Source: Cercozoa sp. M6MM (taxonomy: Eukaryota; Protista; Endomyxa: Ascetosporea). Taken from it: a stretch of 60,799 nucleotides of DNA. Location: assembly GCA_040357565.1 (NCBI GenBank), contig JBDODJ010000066.1; one strand, written 5' to 3'. The position numbers and the translations under genes are program-made. Of the stretch, positions 1-29,224 are shown in pieces (positions within the stretch are counted from its first letter, which is position 1; the number at the start of each line of letters is the position of its first letter). The notes beneath the pieces are model-generated. The model saw only the letters and a list, made by a program, of their open reading frames with translations. It searched no databases and had not been told where the DNA came from.

Positions 1-52
<52 letters not shown>

Positions 53-1283
53 TTGTAGCCTGAGTGTACTATGCCAGTAATATACTCACCGGAACGTGCG
101 TCGGGAAGAACGTGCCCGTCAAGCCGTACGACAGCGATGCGCTGTGCAGCAGCACTCTCAGCGACAGTCGACTCGGCACACACTTCGACAGTTCGATCAC
201 CTTGTGAACGGTCTGCACTCGCATAGCAGCAGTAGGCCTACCAATGACTGAGTGACTGAGTGTAGTGGTACCCGGGTCGACATGCCGACGCAGAAGAGGA
301 GCCATGCCGTCACGTTGAGATGGCCGTACAGAACGGCAGCGTGCAACAGTGTTGTCTACAACGACACACATGCACGCATGCACATAAGCATGCACAACTC
401 GTGCACACAGTGTACCCCACTAATGCCTCGTGTTCGTCGCAGGTAGGAACGACGCTCTTGTCTGCAAACAAGCATGCCGTATTGTGACATTCAAATAAGC
501 ACATGTGTGAACACATGTGTAAGTGTGCGCGATACGGTGGCAGCATCTTTTGCGCGTGCATCAGCATCAGCAAGTGACCCTACAGGCAGCAGATAAGGTA
601 CCAAGTTCAAACACACACAGGGACACTGAATCATAGGGGCACTCAAGAGGCTGCATATACCTTGAGGGCCATGTAGAAGAAGGCGTCGTACTTGCGGTCA
701 CCGCAGCGCTGCTGCAGCAGTTTGACGCGCTGCTCGCCGTCGCTACCGCACAGACAGTGGAGAAGAGCAACGCTCGCGTCCGTGTCCTACGAAGAGATAC
801 AGGCACGCACAGATGCAGAGATACAGATGCCCAGACACAAGAGGCACACAGATACAGAGACATAGACAAGTGTGAACCCACCTGAGCGGACAGAATGAAC
901 TTTGCCAGCAGCGGCAACGCTTCCACTTGACTCTGTCCGTCACTGCAGTGAAGGTGCACATCGCCGTCTCCGTCCTACAGGTAGGTACGGGTAGGCACAA
1001 AGGTGACCGTAGCAGACAGCAACGTGTACAATAGAAGGCAGGCACTGGAACAGATCGCATCTTGAGGTGTGCAGCAACTCCGCCATTTGTACTAAAACAT
1101 GACAGGGCACTTAAATGAGAATGCGGCGTCAGCAGAGGGACTGTGATACCTGTCAGAGCACCTCGGACTGCGAGTGTATGCGCATCGAGCAACAGCTGGG
1201 CTCGCTGTACCAACACACTTAGCACGCACGTTGCTGTCAACTATTTCAGGAAATACCTCGGTGCGCGAACTCCTTCGAGGCAT
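1..1283 (-). CDS. Ankyrin-repeat-containing protein, multi-exon, 3' part runs off the left edge
   Basis: Spliced exons give QERRSYLRRTRGISG|TTLLHAAVLYGHLNVTAWLLFCVG, an ankyrin G-x-T-x-LH-x-A-x3-GH-x4-LL motif (exon ~272-355). Introns are GT-AG and the window starts inside a (TG)n intron. The start at ATG 1283 is tentative. Confidence 0.6.
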
Positions 1284-1689
1284 TTCTGCTCAAGCACAAC
1301 AACGATAACGAAAAAAACTGCACAACTAAACAACGACAAAAGAAATGGTGGGGCGGTTTAAGACAGATTCACTTGATGCTCGTTAGCACGAGGACACACC
1401 GCTGGGCCGCCGCGATCGAGGGAGTTCTATACACCGATAGGCCAATTGGCTGAGGTGATCTGATCAATTTAAATTATCCTCACTCTACAGTAGATTTTTT
1501 GCAGCCCGATCGCACAGCCGGGTGGAATCTACCGCATTGCGTTTTCTTCATTATTAGTTCATGGTTTGCTACGGTCACAACGCAGCACTTGACTATGCTA
1601 CTTGGCCAACTGACCAATGAACCCGATCATGTCGCTTGATTTTAAAAAATAATACTAATACGACATCTTACGCAATCAAACCACGTTCA

Positions 1690-2182
1690 TGTTACATGAG
1701 CTACTATACTGTATCCACGCGGCAGCAACCCTAAAAACGTTTAAAAATCCTCTAAAAGAGGTGTCGTGTGTTCGCTGGAAAGCCTTGAGCAAGCTTTTGC
1801 TGCTGAACTCAAAGAAGGGCTCTCTCTCGCCGAGGCCCTTCTTTCTGCGTTTGTCTACTTCACGCGAACTTAAGTACTTCTGAACTCCCGCTCCTCAGGA
1901 CGACGCCTTTCCGTCTTAACAACCTTTTTTCTGGACTGCCCTTTCTACAGATACAACTTACAATCTGACGGGTTGACTGACTTTCCCCGTTCCGTCCGCC
2001 TTCAGTGCTTTGCCGCCCAACTGAACCGTTGGGGTATTTTACTCTCTCAAACTAACACTTGGGCATTCTCCCTCCAAGAATATACTTTCTTTCGTTCTTT
2101 AGTTTTTGTCTCGTATCACTGGCGTGACAAAGTACCCTCAATATACCAAGGCCGATCCCTATCTGAGAGGGCTGCGGTAACA
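1690..2182 (+). mobile_element. Solo-LTR-like element, family copy 1 (493 bp)
   Basis: Begins TGTTAC and ends GTAACA (6-bp inverted termini, TG..CA). Flanks TTCA/TTTA resemble a 4-bp TSD with one mismatch. Pyrimidine-rich and non-coding. Shares blocks with 9456-9512, 43924-44182 and 55175-55715. Confidence 0.65.
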
Positions 2183-2292
2183 TTTAGTAGCGTAGTTATT
2201 ACGTCATAGCGTTTCTCAACCAGTCAAGTTGTCATCTGACTACTCGTCAGCGCGGACGATCAAATCATGCCGTAACATAGTTAGTTCAGAAA

Positions 2293-3544
2293 TTATTCAA
2301 TCTCCGAGTTGAGCACGATGCCGCGGTTGCTCAGCACGAGCTGCTCGACTTGCGAGTAGTCGCCTGCGGCATGCAAGCAATCGTACGGTCAAGAGCACAC
2401 CAAGATCCATGCAGATTGAGTAAACATGGTAAGGGAGCTACCTGGCTCACAAAGAGCCTCGCAGATCCAGCTCTCAGTCCACTCCTCGTCTTCGATCTCG
2501 AGCAGCTCGGTAGCCGCAGTGCGCACGGCCTTGGCGTGCTTTCGCGGAACCGACACTCGCACTCGCAAGCGCGCGCGTTCCAACGGCAAGTCGCCTGCCT
2601 CCTGCAGACAGACACAAACGCATCAAGGTAGAGAATACAAAGCACAGTGAGTGAGTGAGGAAATAAGATGGAGAAGCTACCTGCAGTGCCTTCATCAAGG
2701 CAAGCGCTTGCGCCTTGGCTGGCTTATTCGGCGCGAACGGGAAGTGAATGTCCTAGCTCACACAGAGCGATACACAGAGACAGACATAGAGACATAGAGG
2801 CATGCATACACAGACACAGACACAGACACAGACACAGACACAGACACAGACACAGACACACACACACACACACACACACAACAAGTATAGACACCTCAGC
2901 CGCGGTCTGCACAATTTCAAGAGGAAAGGGCCGGCCCGTGTCGAGATTGACGCTGCGTCGCACCACGATCTGGCACACCTGCGCTCAAGGAGGCACCGAC
3001 CAGTATGGCATGTATATACCTACACCTAAAATTGTAGTGTGCCAGTACCTCCTTGGTGTGAGCAGCTAGTTCGCTCTCTCGCTCGCGCTGGGCGACCTGC
3101 AACTTGCCTTCCTCCAAGATCTGACACATGTAGGCATAGTCAGACAGACAGACAGTCAAGGCAAGCAAGTGTACGATTCTCAAAGCCAGTTCGGGGTCGT
3201 CAAAGCCGAGAGCCTTTTGGATCTTATCTGACGAAGCCTATGAAGTAGACACAAAGCACATAAGATCAGCCCTGGGAGGGCATAGAGCAAGACACGGACT
3301 CCACCATCTTGCCCCGTTTCACGTCCAGGAAAATCGAGTGCGTGTGCACTACTTCGTCGATATCGTCTTCTTTCCCCTTGCGGTAATCCATGACCTTGTT
3401 GGGGTAGCATGCCAACTCTGCAGAGCAAACTCATCCGCAGATGTACAATGCCTGCAGTACAGTTGTACCCAACTTGACGCCATTGCGACGCAACCGAACG
3501 ATCGAAACGTTGACAAACTGTTGTCTCGTACGTGCGTGTTGCAT
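2293..3544 (-). CDS. SBDS: Ribosome maturation protein SBDS/Sdo1
   Basis: Spliced: MQHARTRQQFVNVSIVRLRRNGVKL-ELACYPNKVMDYRKGKEDDIDEVVHTHSIFLDVKRGKM...ILEEGKLQVAQRER...SVNLDTGRPFP...LPLERARLRVRVSVP...EDEEW...CEPG. All three SBDS domains are recognisable. Confidence 0.93.
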
Positions 3545-3739
3545 CACGACAGGCTATCCTAAAACCCAAATAAGTTGCTGAAAAGTCTACGGAGGCAGAC
3601 AGGAAGACTAAGTTTCTTGGAAACCTGAGTCATTTTTTAATTTTTTGCGCTATATTGTACCGTACAGTTTGTCCAGATAGCCAGTCAAAGCACCGCAATG
3701 CGTGATTTCGTCGGTACGAGTCGCTATAACAGCGCTGAA

Positions 3740-4956
3740 ATGCTGCTTCTGTTTCTTTGCACTGTAATTTTTGTTTATTACTCTGAGTCATTGCACTCAG
3801 TGTATTTTGCGTATATTGCAGACTCTGATTGCACACCTCGTTGAGGCTGCGAAAAATGTCACACTGAGCGAACTCCGAATCGTACACTATCTTTCTGCCT
3901 CCTTGAAGCAAGTGGAACTACAGATTTCGTCGCAATGCGCAGCCTACCCAGGTGGCGATGGCTGGCACCTTCTGGCAAGTACACCTGGGTGACTTTTTCC
4001 CGGACACGTCATATGCCGATCTCGATGTCAGCGAGTTCCTGCCGCATCCCGACACTCCACGTAATTGCTTTAGTCACTTGTGTGTCTCCTTGCGTACTCA
4101 TTTTGCTGTTTGGACAGATCGAAAGCTGCCTGAGTGGCTGCACCTGTCGGAAGACCTTTCCCTCAGTGGGCTGGTTCCGAATGAGACGCTCGAAACGCAC
4201 CATGACTGTAGGCTGGAGTCCTCTTGCTGTCTCTTCTTCTCTTTTTCTGAATTCCACCTGCTGTGTTGATAGTGGACATCAGGCACCGGTGGCGGGACCA
4301 AGACGGGCGTGAGCACTTGACTCTTGTTGCTTCCTTTGCTCTGCTCGTATTCTTTGCTCTATATTTTAAGTGTTTGTTCGACATGGCATGTGCTTGATTC
4401 AGGTGCAAAAGCACTGCTGGGAGTGCAACATCGTGCACAAACTGGTATTGATACAGTAGTGCTGCCCTGGTTTGTCTGGTGTGCCTCTGGTATATCGAGA
4501 CAAAACAGACCGGCACTGAGGGGAAGAGGGTGTCGCTGTTAACAACACTACTGATTGCCGGCGCCTATGGTACCTTGCATGTCAGATTTGCGATTGTTCT
4601 TATCTACATCCATTTGTTACGCAGGCGTGCTAACATGCATCGGCGGCGCATTCTTCGCGTGGTTCATGGCCGCCAGGCGACTGCAGAAGCTGTCGGAAGA
4701 GTACACGGCACTGTACATGTCCAATTGCATTTCCCACGAGTGCTGTGTGTGTTAATCCAGCTCCGAGCGTGTGCGCCAAAGAGAAGCCGAACTCGCCTAT
4801 CTGGACGCACAGGGTCGAATCGGACGGCACAAGCCGAGGGACCGCGACAGCGACTACAGCGACGGCGATGACGACGAGAGCTCCGACGACGACGGCGACA
4901 TCGAGCGACACGGACTGCTGCGCCGGCAACGACGTCGACGCCGCCGGCGTCGCTGA
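3740..4956 (+). CDS. Type I membrane protein with signal peptide, dystroglycan-type cadherin-like (CADG/He_PIG-like) domain, TM helix and acidic/Arg-rich tail
   Basis: Signal-like MLLLFLCT|TLIAHLVEAA; VAMAGTFWQVHLGDFFPD...LPEWLHLSEDLSLSGLVP (LP-x-WL...L-x-G-x-P pattern); hydrophobic LLTTLLIAGAY-GVLTCIGGAFFAWFMAARR; tail DSDYSDGDDDESSDDD...RRRRRRR*. Confidence 0.6.
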
Positions 4957-5166
4957 TTCGATTCAGTTGTTAGTTAGTTGGGTTAAGTAGTTCCCCTGCA
5001 CCCACCACAGGAACAAGTGGCTCCAACTAACCCGAGAGTTCAGTTACCGACCTGTACATAAGTCGGATACCGTACGTACTCGACACTACATTCTAGTCAG
5101 CGCACGGCAAGATAGTGTTCCGTTTAGCTGCTCAATCAGATTGCGTCGCGATCACATTCCCGTCAG

Positions 5167-5325
5167 TCATCCACGAACAGACGCCGAGTTGGTGGCGCCA
5201 AGCTGCCACACCTTGGCGCAGAAGCGCACCCAGTCTTTCTCTGTGAGTGCAGCAGACGCCGCCGCCTGCAGTGACGTTGAGACCTTTTGCTGCACGGCAT
5301 ACGGCATCTCCGACACATCAGAGGA

Positions 5326-5357
<32 letters not shown>

Positions 5358-7288
5358 GAGTGGTACGTTGGCATGCAGTTGCGCCTGGTGCAGCAGCAGT
5401 GCACACTCGGCAGCGGTCGTTCTGGCCGGCAGGATCCGCATCGTGCGTCGCAGGTGGAGCCACTCAGGCGCGCCTCCTTCCCGAGGTACAAGGTGTAGGT
5501 GGCACTTCTATACACAAGCACAGATATGCAGTACACAGACAGACAGAAGGGGGTGTACCATTTCCTGCGAGGCAAACTCGCGATTGCCAGAGACGTGAGA
5601 CGTCAGCAGCGGAGTGTCTTGGAGTTCCTCGCCGATCACTTGGCTCATCTGTGAGAACACCGAGGCCGACAGTGTGTCGCCTACAACAGCGTTGGTGACG
5701 ACAAACACCACGGTGGGCGGTACGTCCTCCAGCACGTTTTTGCAGACATCGGCAGGAATGCCGTGCACTGTCTGATCGGCTGCGAAGTGAACATGTCGTG
5801 TTAAGGGACATTTGCGAGTGTCTGTGTGGTGTGTGTGTATGTGTAGTACAGGTATATACATATACCTGGACACTGGTGTTTCGCCACGCGACAGAGCAGA
5901 CAGGTATCGTCGGCGTCCTTGTCTTTGTTCTTGTTCTTGTCCTTGCTGTTGTCGCGGCGACACCTCTGTGTATTCTGCTGCTGCGCCGGCGACAGCGACA
6001 GACGCGACAGGAAACACGTCCGTCTCTCTGTCCTGTAAGCGCACGCACACACACATACACACACATACATATACAAACAAAGGTGACCCTGGGGGGGGGG
6101 GTAGGATGGAGTACCAGGCACGACGCAGCAGTTGGCACAGGTACCGCGTGCGCTGCAGCAGTTGAGGCGCACCTCGCTCGCCGTCGAGTGCCAACACCAG
6201 CATGTGCGACACCTGTTGATATTATATATATATATATAGATGAATAGGTAGATATCTACAAATATATGAGGTACAGACAGCGCGAACTGCAGCAGTCGCG
6301 CCGTTTTTCCAGTCGAGTCGGTGGCAGCACTGCCTCCACTACTAGTACTCTCACTGGCAGGAGAACTCCGACCACTGTCTCCTTGTCTCCTTGTTGCTGC
6401 TTCTGTTGTTGTTGTTGTTACGACAGGCTGTGGCAGGTGACACTGCAGCAGCAACATGCGTGCCCTGGCCGCGTTCTGCAAGTAGGCGTCACAGCCGTAC
6501 CTGCCCAGGAATAAGGGATAAGGGATAAGGGATGAGGGGTAAGGGGAAGGGGCAAGGGGTGAGGGTAACGGGTAAGGGGTAAGGGGTAAGGTAAGGGTGC
6601 AGTAAAGGTACAAAGCACATGGACGTGCTACCTCAAGGTAGAACTGCTCGGCGAGCCTCCGCGACTCTTGTCGATGTCGTCAAGGGCACTGCTGGAGGAC
6701 AGCAAGGCACGTGTCACACGGTCGACGCTGCTGCTTCCGCCGGTCTCGCCAACGGTGTGACCTACCACCGACACGGCTGCAAACTGCGCGTTCTGCGTCA
6801 GCTGCGCATCGACTGCACACGGCTCGATGAGGAAGGGTTAAAAGGGTAGGGGTAGGGGGTGGTTACCATCTGCCAGCGAAAAGATCGACGAGGAATCGAT
6901 CAGCTTGCGCATGCAGGCATCGACACCGCCGCCCGTGGTGGTACCGCTGCTGACCAAGGCGCCGTTCGGCGTCTCCAGCGCCGAAACTGGACGAGTCGCA
7001 ACGTTCACACTGCCTGCATTTCAGCACTACTGGAAAAGACTACGCAGCATACAGTACACAAGATACCCATGCGAGGACCTCGCTTCACTCGCCTCCGAAT
7101 CGAGTCGCTTCTCGCTGCTTTCGAGCCTCTTGTTGCTGCTTGAGACGGTGGCGGAACCTAAACCACACAAGTAACAGCGCACGAAAGATAGACCAGAATG
7201 AGACTGCTACATGCGCGTTGTCATCAGTATCATTCCTCCTGGCGAGAACGACATGTTTCACCGTTCGCCGGCGTTCAATTGGGGGCAT
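5167..7288 (-). CDS. Uncharacterised multi-exon protein (Ser/Thr/Gln-rich N half, globular-looking C half)
   Basis: GT-AG exon chain from MPPIERRRTVKHVVLARRND to ALTEKDWVRFCAKVWQLGATNSASVRG*. No family motif recognised. Confidence 0.55.
6511..6598. repeat. Degenerate G-rich heptamer tandem repeat (TAAGGGR) in an intron
   Basis: ataagggataagggataagggatgaggggtaaggggaaggggcaaggggtgagggtaacgggtaaggggtaaggggtaaggtaagggt. Confidence 0.85.
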
Positions 7289-7462
7289 TGTGGTGTGGAC
7301 CCCTGTGAAATGTCTCACACTAACACTGACAGTGCTCCGATACTCTAATCGGAGACCCAGCAAGCGAGTTTTGCTGTTTTTAAATGTAAAACGAACAGTA
7401 CTGTACTATACTATAATACGATAGCACGGGTGTGCGTGTCCGAACGTGTGCTGGTGTAAAGA

Positions 7463-8510
7463 ATGCTGGGTGCTTCGTTTAACCGCGCTGTGCGAGTTGC
7501 AGGCTCGCGGGTACGTCTCGTCATGCGATTGTTTTTTCTCTTTTGCGCGTTTGTGCGTGTACGCATGTGTATGGTGTGCATAGTGCCTCTCGACGTCTTC
7601 GCCGCGTGTGCTGGTGTGGACAGCTGCGAGCAACAGTGAGTCCTGCGCAGATGTGCTGTGCTGTGTTGTGACCTTGCTGTGCTGTGTGCGCAGATGTTCC
7701 GGAGAACGGCGCTCTGAACGCTCTTGCCGCTGCCAAGAAGGTACTGTGCTTTGGCGTTCTAATTGACCAACACTCTCGACTCGGCGTTTCTTAGATCGGT
7801 GGCGATGTCACTGTGCTCGTGACGGGCGATGCCTGTGCCGATGCAGCCAAGCAGATCGTACCTAGCATCCTATCTAGCTTCCGACCTAGTTTCCCACCTT
7901 GCTTCCCGAGGTGTCTCACTGTCCTTGGACACATAGGCGTCGGTGCCTGGCGTGTCGCAGGTGCTCGTGGCGCAAGACGCCGCGCTGGCGCAGCAGCTGG
8001 CCGAGAACGTCACGCCTATCATCACGCAGCTCTGTGTATCTCCTTACTTTGGGCTTACCTACCCTTTTCCTTAACCTGTCGCATGTCTGTATATGTCTGC
8101 TTTGTCGTTTCGCAGGAGAAGAATGACTACACGCACGTCCTGGCCGCCGCCACGACCACTGTAGCCACTCACTCTTTCTCTCCCCTTCTTGGTCCCGTGT
8201 GACACGACCTATGTGGCATTGTGTGACACCTGCAGGGCAAGAATGTCGCTCCGCGTGTTGCTGCCGCCCTCAAGAGTAGATCTGAATAGCTTCCCGCCGT
8301 ATTGATCTATGGGTCACACTGCAGGTGCCTACCTGGCCGATGTCAGCGGCGTCGAGTCGCCCGACACCTTCCAGCGTCCTGTATTTATCGATACCTATAC
8401 CGATACATTTATAGGCGTGCTGATGGTTTTCTAGGTGTACGCCGGCAACGCAGTGTCCACCGTGCAGGTGAAGAGCAAGGTACCCTCGTCTGTCGTGTGA
8501 AAGACCCCTG

Positions 8511-8559
<49 letters not shown>

Positions 8560-9364
8560 CAACACAGGTGGCCACGATGACCGTGCGTGCTGCTTCCTTC
8601 GACGCCGGTAGTTTCCTGTTTTCTGTTGCCTCCTTTCGCCTACCGACCCCGTTCTGTTTCTGTTCTGGCAGAAGAGCACGGTGACAACGCCGCTGCTGTT
8701 GAGGACGCTGGTGTTGAAGTTGTGGCCTCCGACAAAGTACCTCACTGGCACCTTTACCTTCTGTACATGTAGCTGTACCCGCGTGTTTGTGGCACAGGTC
8801 AAGTTCGTCTCGGAGGAGCGCACTGTGTCAGAGCGACCGCCGCTCGCTTCCGCCGACCGTGTCGTCAGTGGCGGTAGCCTACCATCCACCTACCCACACA
8901 CCCTCCTATTCTCCTACCCCACCGCCTACTCCCCACTACCTCTACCCACCCTCCCGGCAGGTCGTGGTCTCAAGAGCGGCGAGAATTTCGAGCAGGTGAT
9001 CTACCCGCTTGCCGACGCGCTCGGCGCCGGCGTCGGTGCCTCACGCGCCGCTGTCGATGCCGGATACGTGCCAAACGACATGCAGGTCGGCCAGACCGGC
9101 CAGGTGGTGGCGCCGTCGCTCTACGTGGCTGTTGGCATCAGCGGAGCCATCCAGCACCTCGCGGGTACTGCTGTTACCTGTGCGCCCTGTCGTGTACATA
9201 TAGGTTCCCACTCTCTTATATGTGCAGGTATGAAGGACAGCAAGACCATTGTCGCCATCAACAAGGACCCGGAGGCGCCGATCTTCCAGGTCGCCGACTA
9301 CGGCCTCGTGGCCGACCTGTTCGACGCCGTGCCCGAGCTCACCGAGAAACTCCAGACGGAGTAA
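7463..9364 (+). CDS. ETFA: Electron transfer flavoprotein alpha subunit, mitochondrial (14 exons)
   Basis: Presequence-like [16 protein letters not shown]; [12 protein letters not shown]; DTFQRP|VYAGNA; VVSG|[10 protein letters not shown]; [44 protein letters not shown]|[31 protein letters not shown]. Stop TAA at 9362-9364. Confidence 0.97.
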
Positions 9365-9455
9365 GGGCGATGGGTGTAACCGACGCGCGAACTGAATTGC
9401 ATGAAAGACGGCACCGAAGCTCCCGTACTCAATCGCAACGTGTCGTGTCTGGATA

Positions 9456-9512
9456 CGTTACCGCAGACTTTGGGATTGCTTCCGCGCGAATACAGTAGTT
9501 GATGCTGTAACA
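9456..9512 (-). mobile_element. 57-bp minimal derivative of the solo-LTR-like family (both ends fused)
   Basis: Minus strand reads TGTTACAgcatcaactactgtattcgcgcggaagcaatcccaaagtCTGCGGTAACG. This is the 5' end of copy 1 (tgttaca..tactgtatccacgcggcagcaaccctaaa) joined directly to its 3' end (ctgcggtaaca). Confidence 0.6.
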
Positions 9513-9629
9513 TAGGTATACGTAAGTTGTATTTCAGTTGCATCGCGCGGCGTGCCCGCCAGTTCACTGTCAATTTCAGTTGGTACGATACTTCTCGCCT
9601 CTCGCCTGGCCCGCACGCGCCAGTTTCGT

Positions 9630-10514
9630 TCACACGTCGTCATCAAAGGCAAGCCTTCGTTGCTTCTTCTTTTTGCTGCTTTTGCTCGTTTTGAGTGCTC
9701 GCTTTACGGGCGCTTGCGCTTTCTTCGAAGCACCAATACTGACAAAAACAAAACAATCCACGCAACATTGACACGCAACATTGACACCACTGTTGTCTAA
9801 ACTTACCCAACAATCTTTTGTGCGCTGGGTCGCCATCCGTCGGTTTTTCTCTTAATTATAACACAATCCGTAAAACCTGACAAGGAACACTACAGGCTCT
9901 ATAAACCTTGTTCTCAGAATCTTCTGTTTGCTTCTGTTTCACTTCCTCGATCTTTTCTTCGGTCTCTTGTTTTTGAATCTGCAACACCACAAAACTGGAA
10001 ATTCATGCAGCATGTGAACGCAGAATCAACAACAACGCACCATTGCACGAAGCTGGTCTTGTTCTTCGGTTGAAACACTCGGATCATACACAATTGCCGG
10101 TCCTCTGGAACACGAAAACAAACAAAAATCACGCTCATCGTGCATACGACATGACGAATACGACGTACTCGTCTTGATCGTCACGTGCTTTTCCTGAGAC
10201 GAGCTTTTCTAGCTGGTCTTGCGCTTCATTGCGCTTACGTTGTTGCCGTCGCTTGTCGTCGCGCGACCAAGTCCGTGCCGTACCCAATGCTAAAGAAACA
10301 CTGGCTCAAGGCAGGCAGTAGCCATCCAACATGAAAGAAAGTACCTAGTGGGTTGTCACTCTTTTTTTCCTCTATCCCTGCTTCTTCTTTAAACTTTCGT
10401 AAAAATCTAGGCACATGCGTATCCTTTTCGAGCCTTTCACGGTGCTCATTGAACTACAGAAGTACATGAATACAGCGAACGACAGGTTCAAAAACAGTAT
10501 ACCTGTTTAGGCAT
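9630..10514 (-). CDS. KIAA1143/DUF4604-like small charged protein (mostly missed by the ORF track)
   Basis: Spliced: MPKQ|FNEHRERLEKDTHVPRFLRKFKEEAGIEEKK...ARDDQDE-GPAIVYDP...KKKKQRRLAFDDDV*. The P-x-FL-x-x-FK, D/E-x-P-x-IV and terminal L-x-FDD motifs are typical of that family. Confidence 0.7.
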
Positions 10515-10807
10515 AGCGGCAGGTATTTCTGGCGCGAATTAAGACAAGCACAGGCCTGGGTCCGTCAGATTAGCCAGGTAGCCGAGGATGTAATCTGAGT
10601 TATTATCTTCGTCTACAGTATGTATCTGATACAGAACTTCAGGCCTTTTCCGGCAGGCTAGCACGCTTAAAACTTATAACCATGTGTTAACACTGGCCTG
10701 CCGCATTTAACGTGCCCTAAAACGAGAAAAAATGTTTATCCTTTGGGCTTTTTGGGAACGGTGGAGTACGTAAAGCGCAATTATTTCCGACAAGTATTTG
10801 TTGCGGC

Positions 10808-29224
<18,417 letters not shown>

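Noticed and set aside
1689-1883. Similar short ORFs (LNSKKGSL) at 1689-1883 and 43885-44091 as a small protein family
   Set aside because: The similarity is nucleotide-level within the repeat, and indels between copies do not preserve frame.
7463-9364. Alternative genetic code or non-GT-AG introns
   Set aside because: Conserved genes (ETFA, SBDS, N6AMT1, sirtuin, CDC48) splice cleanly with GT-AG and the standard code in every junction checked.
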